The translations under genes were made by a program, and so were the position numbers. From positions 1 to 37,646 of the IMG/VR virus record IMGVR_UViG_3300046807_000001: a stretch of DNA of 37,646 bases, one strand, 5' to 3'. Position 1 is the stretch's first letter. Each line of letters opens with the position of its first letter. The notes below the pieces were generated by a model. The model was not told the origin of the DNA. It saw nothing but the letters and a program-made list of their open reading frames with translations, and searched no databases. This document shows, piece by piece, positions 15,223 to 24,608 of this stretch. The DNA is from a virus. Its lineage: Duplodnaviria; Caudoviricetes.

Positions 15223-16518
15223 TTATTTGTATTTGTTAAGAAGGGCGTCGATGTTGCTTGCGGGGGCTTCTGCGCCAGACTTGTACGAGTAGGTCGAATC
15301 ATACGCTTCGCGCATGCGAGTTTTGGCGCCTTGTACGCTCCCGATAGCGTCCTCAATTGCCGCCCGCACATCTTTGGCGTCTTGGCGGCGATCAATAGCC
15401 GCAAACGATGCAGTAAGCTGTTTACCTTCTTGGTTTGACACGTTGCCCAACGCGCCGCCAGTTTTGGATGCGTCTCGCAAGTCTTGCAACGCTTGAAAGC
15501 CGCCTTTAGCAACCACTTTGTCGTACAACGCTTGAGCGGCGCGGCCATCTGCGGTAAGCGCCGGTGCGCGGCCAGCGACAAGCCCCGTAATTTGCGACAG
15601 CCCTGGATGATCGCGCAACTTTTCAAGGTCTTTGACAAACGAATCCGATTTGCTTTCAAAACCTTTAATGACTGACGTGGCTTGCGGATATGCAGCTTCA
15701 CGTTTCTGGATTTCTTTGGGCGGCAGTGCTTCCAGTCCTTGCGTTTTACGATCCGCCTCTGCGCGGGCAAGACCAACACGTTCGCGTTCAAGATCAACGC
15801 GCTGGCTCTCAAGCCCAAGCCGTTGGCGGTCACGCTCGTCTTGTTTAATTTGCGCTGGCGTCATCTGAAACGCAGCGTCAGTACCAGATACCACAGTGGC
15901 AGGGCCCCCCAAACCAGGAATTTGAATAACACCTGTCGGTCCAACATTTGTCGTAGGCTTATTCAATTCCATAAACTTTTCAGTGCCCAATTTTGACTGG
16001 TTAATCAATTGAGCGAATGCTTGCGGGCCGGCCTGAATAGCTTGCTGAATACGGGCCATCGATTGTTCTGCCGTTACGCCTCGCGCAGCCAAAGCAGGGC
16101 CAAGAACGGGATCAGCATGGTTTGCTTGGTGCCAAGCCAAATATTGTTCCGGCGCTTTAGGATCAGCAGGATTAATGGTGTCAAGAAATGATCGCGACTG
16201 TTTTAATTTTGCATCAACTAACTCTACGTCCGCCTTTTGTGTTTCACGGCGTGTTTTAACAAAGTCAGAATATCCTTTGAGGTCACCCGATTTCAACAAA
16301 GCGTTTGCGATTGCTGTGTCGTCTGTACCGGCTTGCGCCAGCATGTTGGTGCGAGCCACATCCTTGGCTTCGGCACGCTGGGCCGCACCCAACTGATATT
16401 GAGCCAGTGAGTTCTGATTCTGCGCATTTTGAATCTGCGCGATCTGACCATACTGTACCAACGGGTTGGCCAGCTCCATGGGTCGTACACCCAGTGCAAT
16501 GTTTGGGTCAAGTGCCAT
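15223..16518 (-). CDS. DNA ejection protein (P22 gp20 position)
   Basis: 431 aa, Gln/Ala-rich helical; synteny. Confidence 0.7.
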   Translation of the reverse strand: MALDPNIALGVRPMELANPLVQYGQIAQIQNAQNQNSLAQYQLGAAQRAEAKDVARTNMLAQAGTDDTAIANALLKSGDLKGYSDFVKTRRETQKADVELVDAKLKQSRSFLDTINPADPKAPEQYLAWHQANHADPVLGPALAARGVTAEQSMARIQQAIQAGPQAFAQLINQSKLGTEKFMELNKPTTNVGPTGVIQIPGLGGPATVVSGTDAAFQMTPAQIKQDERDRQRLGLESQRVDLERERVGLARAEADRKTQGLEALPPKEIQKREAAYPQATSVIKGFESKSDSFVKDLEKLRDHPGLSQITGLVAGRAPALTADGRAAQALYDKVVAKGGFQALQDLRDASKTGGALGNVSNQEGKQLTASFAAIDRRQDAKDVRAAIEDAIGSVQGAKTRMREAYDSTYSYKSGAEAPASNIDALLNKYK

Positions 16519-16527
16519 GATTTGTCC

Positions 16528-17253
16528 TTAGTCCGCGATACCGCCAGTACCACCGTATGTTTGATTCAATGATGTACCTGACCAACCATAGTTTGGCGTC
16601 CCATATCCGCCACGATTGTTCAGCGCATTGATCAAGTTGTTACCTTGGCTGTAATTCATGTACGTGCCCAAACCACTAGTCAAAGCATTTGCGCCGCCAA
16701 CATAACCAGCTGCTTGCGCTGCCGCACCGCCGGTCATCAGGTTGCCGATGTTTGCAGCATTGGCTGCGCCCGTTTGACCCAATGATTGAGCTGTTGTTTG
16801 ACCAACACCTGCCAATGATTGCAATGGTCCAAGTTGCGCTTGCCGTTCAGCTTGGTAGCGGTTAAATGCGTTGGTGTATTCTTGCGAACCCATCTCTTGA
16901 CCATAGCGTTGAGCCGCTTTGAGCGCCCCACCGGAGATCAACCCACCCCGAGCGGCTGCTTGCCGATCCAGTGCCTTTTGACCTTCGGACAGTCGAAAAG
17001 CGTAACCAGGATCGGCGCGAAATTGGTCCATGCCAAACTTTTGATAGTTTGTGGCCAGCGGCGTCAGCGCATTCAACGCGGTTTTACCAGCCTCCATCCA
17101 CGGCATTTGATCTTGCCGAGTCTGTTGATACTGTTCATTTTGAAGTGCGGCTGCATCGCGTGCGGCCCCCGCTTGCGCACCAGCTGCTTTGCTAGACGCA
17201 TTTGCTCCAATTGCCGAACTTACGACTACGGCACCCGCTACCCAAAATGTCAT
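16528..17253 (-). CDS. DNA ejection protein, P22 gp7-like
   Basis: DPGY.FRL.EG, AAARGGL.SG.ALKA, Gly/Ala/Gln-rich. Confidence 0.8.
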   Translation of the reverse strand: MTFWVAGAVVVSSAIGANASSKAAGAQAGAARDAAALQNEQYQQTRQDQMPWMEAGKTALNALTPLATNYQKFGMDQFRADPGYAFRLSEGQKALDRQAAARGGLISGGALKAAQRYGQEMGSQEYTNAFNRYQAERQAQLGPLQSLAGVGQTTAQSLGQTGAANAANIGNLMTGGAAAQAAGYVGGANALTSGLGTYMNYSQGNNLINALNNRGGYGTPNYGWSGTSLNQTYGGTGGIAD

Positions 17254-17714
17254 GGCAGCACCTCGACTGGTTGATGTTTGATTTGATTACCGGAACTATA
17301 CATGTTCTCAGGTTCGGCTTCAACCAATTCGGCTTCAGCTTCCTCGATAGTTTTTGCCCCGATTGCGTGGAAAGTCATGCAAAGCGCGTCCGTAACTGCA
17401 TACACTGCGCGTTTTGTGCCTGGCTTACTTGAGAACAAGTGAGGGCCAGTGACCTCTTGTACCCCGTCGTCTGTGGTGATGGCCACCGTACCAGACACGA
17501 TAAGGTAGAAATGCTCTTTTTTGTGGACTGCGCCCACGACCAATACTCCGGCATGACGAAACACCTCGCGGCAATACATTCCGCCATGAAAATAGTGTTT
17601 CGTCTCAGGTTCGTATTGAGGCAACTTTGACACCTCAACTTGCAAGGCTTTGACCTTGTCAATCATCGAGGTGGGTCGGTCAATTTCAAACCCTTTACCG
17701 TAAGCTACTCTCAT
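17250..17714 (-). CDS. Cupin-fold hypothetical protein
   Basis: HYFHGGMY.R, GAVHKKEH, GTKR. Confidence 0.7.
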   Translation of the reverse strand: MRVAYGKGFEIDRPTSMIDKVKALQVEVSKLPQYEPETKHYFHGGMYCREVFRHAGVLVVGAVHKKEHFYLIVSGTVAITTDDGVQEVTGPHLFSSKPGTKRAVYAVTDALCMTFHAIGAKTIEEAEAELVEAEPENMYSSGNQIKHQPVEVLP

Positions 17715-18049
17715 CAGGTCACCTCGCGACCAGAGACGCGAATGTTGATTGCGCTGGCCGTACCAGCAATTGTACTGATGAAGTCGCCAACACCCAAGAC
17801 CTGACCCACCAGTTCAGGAAACGTGTAGACCTCGGACGGCTGAAGCGTCTTGGTCTTGGTGATCAAGTTGGTGTTGCCAGCCGATCCAGTGGTCGTGACC
17901 AAGTTCACCGAGATCGTTGCAGCCGACGCACTGATGTTTGTGGCTGTGAACTTGTCGATGATGGTGGTCACACCGTTGGCGGTGTATTGGGTGGTCTGGC
18001 TGTTTTCGGCGTATTTTGCCGGTACCAGGACGCGGACGGTGACTGTCAT
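17714..18049 (-). CDS. Small beta-rich virion-module protein
   Basis: 111 aa, Thr-rich; in operon. Confidence 0.75.
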   Translation of the reverse strand: MTVTVRVLVPAKYAENSQTTQYTANGVTTIIDKFTATNISASAATISVNLVTTTGSAGNTNLITKTKTLQPSEVYTFPELVGQVLGVGDFISTIAGTASAINIRVSGREVT

Positions 18050-18052
18050 GGA

Positions 18053-19552
18053 TTACTCCAAAAGAAGGATGTTGTTAGGCACGTATTGTGTCATCAGCCA
18101 ATTAGAGCCATCAGACACAAGTGTCGCAGAATCTCCAGCAACTGCCAAGAGGATCGAAGTGCCAGCAGCACCGCCAGCCAAGGGTACGACGTTGCTCGAT
18201 GCGGACACCAGCGCCTGAGCCTGGTAGTTCTGGAAGTGCAACACTCGGCCAGAATACGAGGAGGCTGCTGGTAGCGTCGCCGTGCAGGTCGAACCCGATT
18301 TGTTGTTGATCAACCAAAGGTCAGTTGCTGCCACGCTGAAGTCGGCAGTTTTGGTGACTGGGGCAGATACGCTCTGTTTGTTGTTGAACGTGTTCCAGTC
18401 TGTGCTGCTCAGGTAGCCGTTCGTGGACGTAGTTGCCTGGGTGATGGCCAAAGTGCCAGCCGAGTACGTCAGCGGGGCGCTAACTGTGGCTCCTGCCAGC
18501 GCGGTGCCGTTACCGTACAGCAGACCGCTGATCGACGTGGTAAGCGTAAAGGATGGCGTTGTGCCACCGCTGGACGTACCAGCGAACCCGTTGGCAGATG
18601 CCACCGACACAGCGGTTACATACGACCCAGCGGGCTGTTTGCTGTTGAACGTGGTCCAGTCGGTCGAGCTCAGGTAGCCGTTGGTTGACCCGTTAGCCGC
18701 TGCCATGCTGATCGCAGGCGTTGTGCCACCCGAAGATACGACAGGGGCTGTGCCCGAAACGGACGTGACGTAAGTGCCAGCAGGCTGCTTGTTGTTGAAC
18801 GTGTTCCAGTCAGTCGAGGTCAGATAACCGGACTGGCTGGTGGTGGCTTGCTGGATCGTCAGGTTTGGCGTTGCACCGCCGCTGGACGCCAATGGTGTGG
18901 TGGCCGTCACCGATGTGACAGTACCGCCGGAGCCTGTGGCTGACAGCGTACCACCTGCAAAGCTGACACCCGTGCCAATCGTGACGTTGCTGAACCCACC
19001 GCTGCCGTTGCCGTACAAGATCGACGTGCCACTGGTGGCTGGCGCTTTGCTGTTAAACGTGTTCCAGTCCGTCGAAGTCAGGTAGCCGTCAGTCGAGGCG
19101 CTGGCAGCAGCCATGCTGATGTTGGGCGCAGTACCCCCGCTGGACACGACTGGTGCAGTACCCGTGACTTCAGTCACCGTACCTTGCAACGGTGGGGGCG
19201 TCATGTTCAGCGCATCGACTTGCTTTTGCAACTCGGCAATCTGGGACAGCAGCGCGGACGACTGGTCCACCAGGCCAGCAGCTTCAATCTGCTTGGTCAG
19301 CTCGGCGCTCAGGTCCACGGGCACCGGCTGGGTGTCCACGTTCTGCGCCAGCGCTTGCAGGGCAGCGTCGTAGGAAGCGATCAGCGACTCAGCGCTGGGG
19401 CCAATGTTTGGGTTGTCGTCAATCGTCGTGGCAGCATTGAGCAACGACAAAAAGAACAAATACCACGCCCGGTCGATCAACCCTGTGCGAGGGTCGATCA
19501 ACGGCACCCGTGGGGGCGTGATGGGGGTGGGCGTTGCGTTAGGACTAGGCAT
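18053..19552 (-). CDS. Tail needle/fibre protein with internal repeats
   Basis: Follows the gp10-like gene; coiled coil then four GYL(T/S)STDW.TFN.K repeats. Confidence 0.75.
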   Translation of the reverse strand: MPSPNATPTPITPPRVPLIDPRTGLIDRAWYLFFLSLLNAATTIDDNPNIGPSAESLIASYDAALQALAQNVDTQPVPVDLSAELTKQIEAAGLVDQSSALLSQIAELQKQVDALNMTPPPLQGTVTEVTGTAPVVSSGGTAPNISMAAASASTDGYLTSTDWNTFNSKAPATSGTSILYGNGSGGFSNVTIGTGVSFAGGTLSATGSGGTVTSVTATTPLASSGGATPNLTIQQATTSQSGYLTSTDWNTFNNKQPAGTYVTSVSGTAPVVSSGGTTPAISMAAANGSTNGYLSSTDWTTFNSKQPAGSYVTAVSVASANGFAGTSSGGTTPSFTLTTSISGLLYGNGTALAGATVSAPLTYSAGTLAITQATTSTNGYLSSTDWNTFNNKQSVSAPVTKTADFSVAATDLWLINNKSGSTCTATLPAASSYSGRVLHFQNYQAQALVSASSNVVPLAGGAAGTSILLAVAGDSATLVSDGSNWLMTQYVPNNILLLE

Positions 19553-20984
19553 TAGTGCCGCTCAGGATGAGTTCAGCGCCCATGATCGCAATCTTCACGG
19601 GGTCAGTGCCCGACACCTCGTACACCCGGTCACGCAGCTTTAGGGTCATGCCCATGCGACGCCAGAACACACGGCGATAGTATTCGCCGATCTTGCCCAT
19701 CTTGGACCAGTGCTCGTTTGACCAAGTGTGGCCACCATCGTCAGACCAGCGCAGCATGATCTCAGGATCGCTGCCTTGGCCAAAATTCAGGCCAGTGCCC
19801 GACTCAATGTCGAGTTGGAGGCTGTGCTGCGCGGTGCGCTTGAGGTTGTTTTGCCCGGGGGGCAGGGCACGCCAGGTGCGCAGCCATTTTTGGATGCTAC
19901 CGTTGTCCGAGTAGTCTTCCAGATCAAAGGCGTAAATGTTACCGTTCTCAAAGTCGCCCACGACGATTTTGTTGTTGAACGCCATCTGGCAGTTGCTGCG
20001 GTGGCGAGTGAACGCACCGTTGACAAACCCTGCACGCTCATGCCAAGCCTGAGTCGCTGCGTCGTACACCCAAGTGGTGTTGGCCGATGGGAAGATCAGG
20101 ACGTAGAAGCTGTGACCGTCTTGCTGGTAGGTGTAGGCAATGGCATCCGAGATGTCGGAGTATTGCTGGATCTGCCACTCGACAGCATGAGTCGAAATGC
20201 GCACACCCGTGTAACCGTTGGCACGGTAAACCATGCCTTGACCACGGCGGTCACGGCCCAGCCAGAACAGACCGTTGTCCATTTTGGCCACCGAGAACGG
20301 GGCAGCGCAGCCCAACTCGTTGAACGCGCCCTGGATGCGCTGGAGCGGAAAGTCTGACGCACCAGTGTCGTACCAGACCTCAATCGAGTTGGTGCCAAAA
20401 GCCCAAACTTCGCGGAAGTTGGACGCCACGGCAACCAGACCGTCAGGGGAGCCTTCAGTGCTGGCAAAGTCCAGCGGGTCGATTGACGTGCCGTCCAGCA
20501 ACTGCGTTACCCACATCTTTTGGCTGTTCGGCTCGTTGAACACAAAGTAGCCGTCCAGATAGCACACGGTCACAGCGCCAGGAAAGTCGGGGTCAGTGAT
20601 TTGACCAAACGCATTGGTGGTGGCGTTGTAAATGTAGCTTGGACCGTTGCAGGCGATGAACAGCTGGGTGCCGTTGTCGGCCATGCTGACAGGGCCAGTG
20701 CCGCTGACGTTGCCGATTTTGGTGGCAGCGTAGGCGTTGTCGATCTTGTACAGCTCGGTGCCCGACACCACAAAGCCCACGCCGTCATTGGACGAGAACG
20801 CCCACAGGCCACGGATCGGACCAAAGCCGACCGAGTTGAGCAGCCTGAGGCCGGGGGCGCGGTTCAGAAACGCAGGCTCTTTGCCTGCCTCCGGCACGAT
20901 CTCGGGGAACAAGTTGACCATCCGGGCATCCGCAGCGTTGACGCTGCGGGCCACGTAGCTGGAGCCGAGGATCGGGGAGTCCAT
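19545..20984 (-). CDS. Packaged DNA stabilization protein / tail hub, P22 gp10-like
   Basis: 479 aa beta-propeller-like; LDGYFVF, LDFASTEGSPD, FGTNSIEVW, WSDDGG.TW. Confidence 0.9.
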   Translation of the reverse strand: MDSPILGSSYVARSVNAADARMVNLFPEIVPEAGKEPAFLNRAPGLRLLNSVGFGPIRGLWAFSSNDGVGFVVSGTELYKIDNAYAATKIGNVSGTGPVSMADNGTQLFIACNGPSYIYNATTNAFGQITDPDFPGAVTVCYLDGYFVFNEPNSQKMWVTQLLDGTSIDPLDFASTEGSPDGLVAVASNFREVWAFGTNSIEVWYDTGASDFPLQRIQGAFNELGCAAPFSVAKMDNGLFWLGRDRRGQGMVYRANGYTGVRISTHAVEWQIQQYSDISDAIAYTYQQDGHSFYVLIFPSANTTWVYDAATQAWHERAGFVNGAFTRHRSNCQMAFNNKIVVGDFENGNIYAFDLEDYSDNGSIQKWLRTWRALPPGQNNLKRTAQHSLQLDIESGTGLNFGQGSDPEIMLRWSDDGGHTWSNEHWSKMGKIGEYYRRVFWRRMGMTLKLRDRVYEVSGTDPVKIAIMGAELILSGTNA

Positions 20985-21697
20985 CAGTAGTTACCGGCGT
21001 AGATGTTGAAGCGCTGGCGGTTGGCAACCAGTGCGTATGGCATGGCCATCACATCGTCAGGGTTGTTGATGCGCTTGAGGTCACGCTTGCTGGTCATGGC
21101 GATGCGCATGACCTGTGGGCTTGGCTCAACGCCAAACTCGGGGGCGATCTCCATCGCCAAGTTGTACGTGAACGCACGCAGGTAGCCTGGTGGGAAGTAC
21201 AAGTTGGTGGCAAGATCAGCCGGTTGATTCAATTCTTCAATCGACACGAAATGCCACTCCAGATCCTGTGTGGGACGTGGATAAATGAACATCTCGGCGT
21301 CGGGGTACGTCATGTTGACGAAGATCACCTGCGGGTAGGTAGACGTCACGGTCTTGACCGCGATGCCGTCGTACTGCTGCTGGTTGATGAACTTGATGCC
21401 ATACGACACGCCGTTGGGCGCTTTGAAGTACGTGGCGTCGTCAAACAGAACGGGGCGATTGCCCACGAAGTCGCCCGAGGGGCCAAGGGTGCGACTGATG
21501 AAGCCAGATGGCCAAGTAAACACCTGGTCTTGAGTGGAGAACACCGACAAACGCTCAGTGTTCCACGACTCGATCATCTGGTTCAACGCCATCAAGGCGT
21601 CTTGAGACATTGAGGCAGACGGCGTTTCACCTTCGGCAAGAATGCCAAGCAAGCGGAATGCCCTGTTGATCTGGTCGCCCGCGCTGTAAGTAGTCAT
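20984..21697 (-). CDS. Head-to-tail adaptor, P22 gp4-like
   Basis: I.RA.RLLG....GE.P, L.ALN.M..SW, YNLA.EIAPEFG. Confidence 0.8.
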   Translation of the reverse strand: MTTYSAGDQINRAFRLLGILAEGETPSASMSQDALMALNQMIESWNTERLSVFSTQDQVFTWPSGFISRTLGPSGDFVGNRPVLFDDATYFKAPNGVSYGIKFINQQQYDGIAVKTVTSTYPQVIFVNMTYPDAEMFIYPRPTQDLEWHFVSIEELNQPADLATNLYFPPGYLRAFTYNLAMEIAPEFGVEPSPQVMRIAMTSKRDLKRINNPDDVMAMPYALVANRQRFNIYAGNY

Positions 21698-22236
21698 ACC
21701 TGAGCCTTTTTTGGTGTTTTAGCCGCTGCGCGTTTGTTCCCAATTAAGGAAGCTGAAATTTTGGCGCGAGTTTCAGCAGAATAAACTTTACCTGTGTTCA
21801 TCACAGACAATCGTTTTTTCTGTTCTTCCGATGTTGTACAAATGCCCTTTTTGGCTTTTGAAATTTTTTGCCGATGAGCTTCAGTAAACACTTTTTTCTT
21901 TGCGGCGGCGCTCATTTTAGCCCGTGTTTCCGCTGAATGTTTGGTTCCGAGAGGTGAATTGGCAATCGGACGTCCGTTGTACACGGGCTTAAAAAAATCC
22001 ATCCAAAACTGCTCGCGAGAGATCAATTCAGTCTTGTCATCAATAAACTGAACAATCTCCCAATCAAACGCGCTTGGACCATATTTGTCATACGCCCGTT
22101 GAAGTCGAGTGTTGTAATGACATTGTTTAGCCAAATCCCGGCGATGAGCCGACCATCTGCGATTGACAGCCACGGCAGAGCCAACATACATGTCATGAGT
22201 GACATTGTTGACAATGGCGTAGATGGCAGATGTCAT
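21694..22236 (-). CDS. GIY-YIG homing endonuclease with NUMOD3 repeats
   Basis: AIYAI...MYVGS, RRW..H, REQ, YN; KHSAETRAKMS, FTEAHRQKIS, YSAETRAKIS. Confidence 0.92.
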   Translation of the reverse strand: MTSAIYAIVNNVTHDMYVGSAVAVNRRWSAHRRDLAKQCHYNTRLQRAYDKYGPSAFDWEIVQFIDDKTELISREQFWMDFFKPVYNGRPIANSPLGTKHSAETRAKMSAAAKKKVFTEAHRQKISKAKKGICTTSEEQKKRLSVMNTGKVYSAETRAKISASLIGNKRAAAKTPKKAQV

Positions 22237-22238
22237 GC

Positions 22239-22433
22239 TCAGACTCCTTCAGATTCAGCTTCAACTTTGCGCGTGTATTTGCGCTTCACAACGAGTGTGT
22301 TGGCCGCTTCTTCGGGAGCCGAAGGCGTGTCTGGATTGTAGCGTGTCCAGCCGTTTCTTTCATCAGCTTCAGCTTCGAGGTCCATCGTTGCCACTTTGGC
22401 ACCGTGAACTGGGTGTGTGAGGTAAATGACCAT
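22239..22433 (-). CDS. Hypothetical small protein
   Basis: 64 aa; in operon after a terminator-like hairpin. Confidence 0.7.
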   Translation of the reverse strand: MVIYLTHPVHGAKVATMDLEAEADERNGWTRYNPDTPSAPEEAANTLVVKRKYTRKVEAESEGV

Positions 22434-22438
22434 GATTT

Positions 22439-22461
22439 AAAAAGGCCCCCGAAGGGGCCTT
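22439..22461 (-). terminator. Intrinsic terminator with UUCG loop
   Basis: AAGGCCCC-TTCG-GGGGCCTTTTT on minus strand. Confidence 0.8.
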
Positions 22462-22465
22462 CCTT

Positions 22466-22873
22466 TTACACTGCGCCGTGGATGATGGCGTAATTGATGA
22501 CAACAGCTTCAGACAGCGTGCCGCCGGAAATGTTTCGCAAAGTGATGCTGACACTACCTGTTTCCAAGGAGTTAGCAAACACGTTGTAAGAACCAGCCGT
22601 GGCTTGACCACCAGAAATGGTCAAAATCACGCAATCGTTTGCGCTAATCAAGCTGTTGTTCAGGGTGAACGTGGCGTTAGTGGCAGTAGCCAAAGACGCA
22701 TTGTTCATTGTGATTCGACCAGCCGACTTGTTCAGCGTAACCGCTGTTGACTTGTTGGTAGCCTGAGTCACAGTACCTTGAGCAGCAGAAGCGTAACCGA
22801 TCTCCTCAGTTGCGTACATCGTGCTGAACTCGGGGTCCAGATATGCAACGCCAGTAGCTTTGGTGTTTGACAT
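22466..22873 (-). CDS. Putative capsid decoration / head fibre protein
   Basis: 135 aa, Thr/Ala/Ser-rich, downstream of coat. Confidence 0.65.
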   Translation of the reverse strand: MSNTKATGVAYLDPEFSTMYATEEIGYASAAQGTVTQATNKSTAVTLNKSAGRITMNNASLATATNATFTLNNSLISANDCVILTISGGQATAGSYNVFANSLETGSVSITLRNISGGTLSEAVVINYAIIHGAV

Positions 22874-22884
22874 GATTGTTCCTT

Positions 22885-22908
22885 AAAAAAGCCCCCGAAG
22901 GGGCTTTT
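22885..22908 (-). terminator. Intrinsic terminator with UUCG loop
   Basis: AAAAGCCCC-TTCG-GGGGCTTTTTT on minus strand. Confidence 0.8.
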
Positions 22909-22912
22909 AGGT

Positions 22913-23323
22913 TTAGGCCAAGCGGTACAGAGTCCAAGTGCCGTCGCCGGTTTTACGGGCGCGGAAAGCACCAGTAGTACCTGCGGTGGCAGCAATCGTG
23001 GCCAAGCCAACGATGGTCCAACCAGTGCCAGCGGTCATGGTGATGACGCCAGAGCTGGAACCGTCCACGTTGGTCACGCTGAAGTCGAACGAGCTGTTGA
23101 CTTTGGCGCTGGACACCACTGCATCCAAACTAGAGCCGGAGGGCAGAGTGTAAGCAGCAGCCGAGCTACCGGGCGAACCCAGCAGAATGCCACCAGTGAT
23201 TTGAGCGACCGACAGAGTTGCAGTAGCAGTTGCGGTTTGGGGAGCGGGTTGGACGTCGAGTTGAACTTCGTTCAGGTTGCCGTCACCAACTTGGTAACCG
23301 CCTGCGCCGTTAGGGAGTGCCAT
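22913..23323 (-). CDS. Putative capsid decoration protein
   Basis: 136 aa, beta-rich, directly after coat; SD AAAGGA. Confidence 0.65.
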   Translation of the reverse strand: MALPNGAGGYQVGDGNLNEVQLDVQPAPQTATATATLSVAQITGGILLGSPGSSAAAYTLPSGSSLDAVVSSAKVNSSFDFSVTNVDGSSSGVITMTAGTGWTIVGLATIAATAGTTGAFRARKTGDGTWTLYRLA

Positions 23324-23352
23324 GATAATTTCCTTTCAAGATTGAGATGCGA

Positions 23353-23377
23353 GAAAGGGGACCGAAGTCCCCGTTTC
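23353..23377 (-). terminator. Weak terminator / stabilising hairpin after coat gene
   Basis: GGGGAC-TTCG-GTCCCC-TTTCTC. Confidence 0.65.
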
Positions 23378-23380
23378 AGA

Positions 23381-24589
23381 TTAGCCCCACAGACGAACGC
23401 CCATTTGAGGACGGATCGTGCTGTAGCCGTACAGAACGTCGATACGGCAAGGCAGGCGGTCGTTGTTGATGTCGTACTGGCGCACAACACGCAGGCTGAT
23501 GCCATTGTGGACAGCGCGAGCGGCCATGTCAACGCCCTGGGGCAGCAACAGGTCGGCAGTAGCGAAGGTGATGGCATCTTTGTGGTACACCAAGTTCTGA
23601 GCGTACTGGCTGGAGGCGGCACCGTAGAACACGACTGCTTTGCCGGAGGCAGGCAGGCTGTCCACAGTGGCCAAAGCGTTGGCAGCAGAGTAGATTGGGG
23701 CAACAGTGATGCTACCAGCGCCGGAACCGTTCAGGGTCACGTCAGCAGCGGCCACGAACTGGAACAGCGAACCAGTGGATTCACGGGTCTGTGGGTTCAC
23801 AGCGTAGCAGTCAGCCACGGTGAACACGTCGCCTTGCTTCACGGTAGCGTTGGCACCTGCGCCGGTGATGGCGATGGTGGTAGCACCTTCGGAAGTCACA
23901 GCAGCCGACAGGGTACCGCCGGTGGCAGTGCGCGAACCGGTGGTGAACTGTTTGATCGACTGAGACATGTTGATCTCGTCAAAGCCCAACACGCCAGTGC
24001 CCATCATGCCGTTCTTGAACTGCTTGCTGATGGTGTCGGTGGGGTTGAACAGACCTTTCATGCCTTCGACCAGACCGGCGTTGGCAGCAGGGTTCACGGT
24101 GGCGTAACGTGGGGACATCACGGCAGCGTTTTCGTTCAGCTTCTGCTGGGCTTGCAACAGCACCAAAGAAGTCGAAGGAGTGGTGCCAGGAGTACCAACG
24201 GAGTTACCGATGTACTTGTATGCGTTGGCAACGTCAGCGTCGATACTGGAGGCCAGCTGGCTGATACGAGGCTTCAACACACGCTCTGCGAAGTCGTCCA
24301 ATTGCATGGTCAATTCAGCAGATGTGAAGTTGACGCCGATGTGCTTTTGGCTGGCCACGGTCAAAGTGGTGTACTGTTCGTTGTCGTCCTGGACTTGCAG
24401 GGCGGCACCGTCAGTCACCAGAGCGCGGTCGGGCAGGCGGATACGCAGGGTCGAACCGATCTTGGCACCTTCAACAGCGAAGCTGTCGTCGTACTGGCGG
24501 TTCACGTTGCGAGTAAGGACCAAGTTATTTTCAAGGATCTCCAAACTCTTTCTTGTGATCATGTCGATCGTGAGAATACTGTTGCTCAT
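23381..24589 (-). CDS. Major capsid protein, P22 gp5-like
   Basis: 402 aa; LENNLV, KIGSTLRIRLP, GDVFT insertion domain, RIDVLYG; strong codon bias. Confidence 0.92.
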   Translation of the reverse strand: MSNSILTIDMITRKSLEILENNLVLTRNVNRQYDDSFAVEGAKIGSTLRIRLPDRALVTDGAALQVQDDNEQYTTLTVASQKHIGVNFTSAELTMQLDDFAERVLKPRISQLASSIDADVANAYKYIGNSVGTPGTTPSTSLVLLQAQQKLNENAAVMSPRYATVNPAANAGLVEGMKGLFNPTDTISKQFKNGMMGTGVLGFDEINMSQSIKQFTTGSRTATGGTLSAAVTSEGATTIAITGAGANATVKQGDVFTVADCYAVNPQTRESTGSLFQFVAAADVTLNGSGAGSITVAPIYSAANALATVDSLPASGKAVVFYGAASSQYAQNLVYHKDAITFATADLLLPQGVDMAARAVHNGISLRVVRQYDINNDRLPCRIDVLYGYSTIRPQMGVRLWG

Positions 24590-24608
24590 TTCAATTTCCT
24601 TTCAAAGT

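Noticed and set aside
21694-22236. Group I intron hosting the GIY-YIG gene
   Set aside because: Flanking genes are intact and abut or overlap the ORF, leaving no room for an intron core
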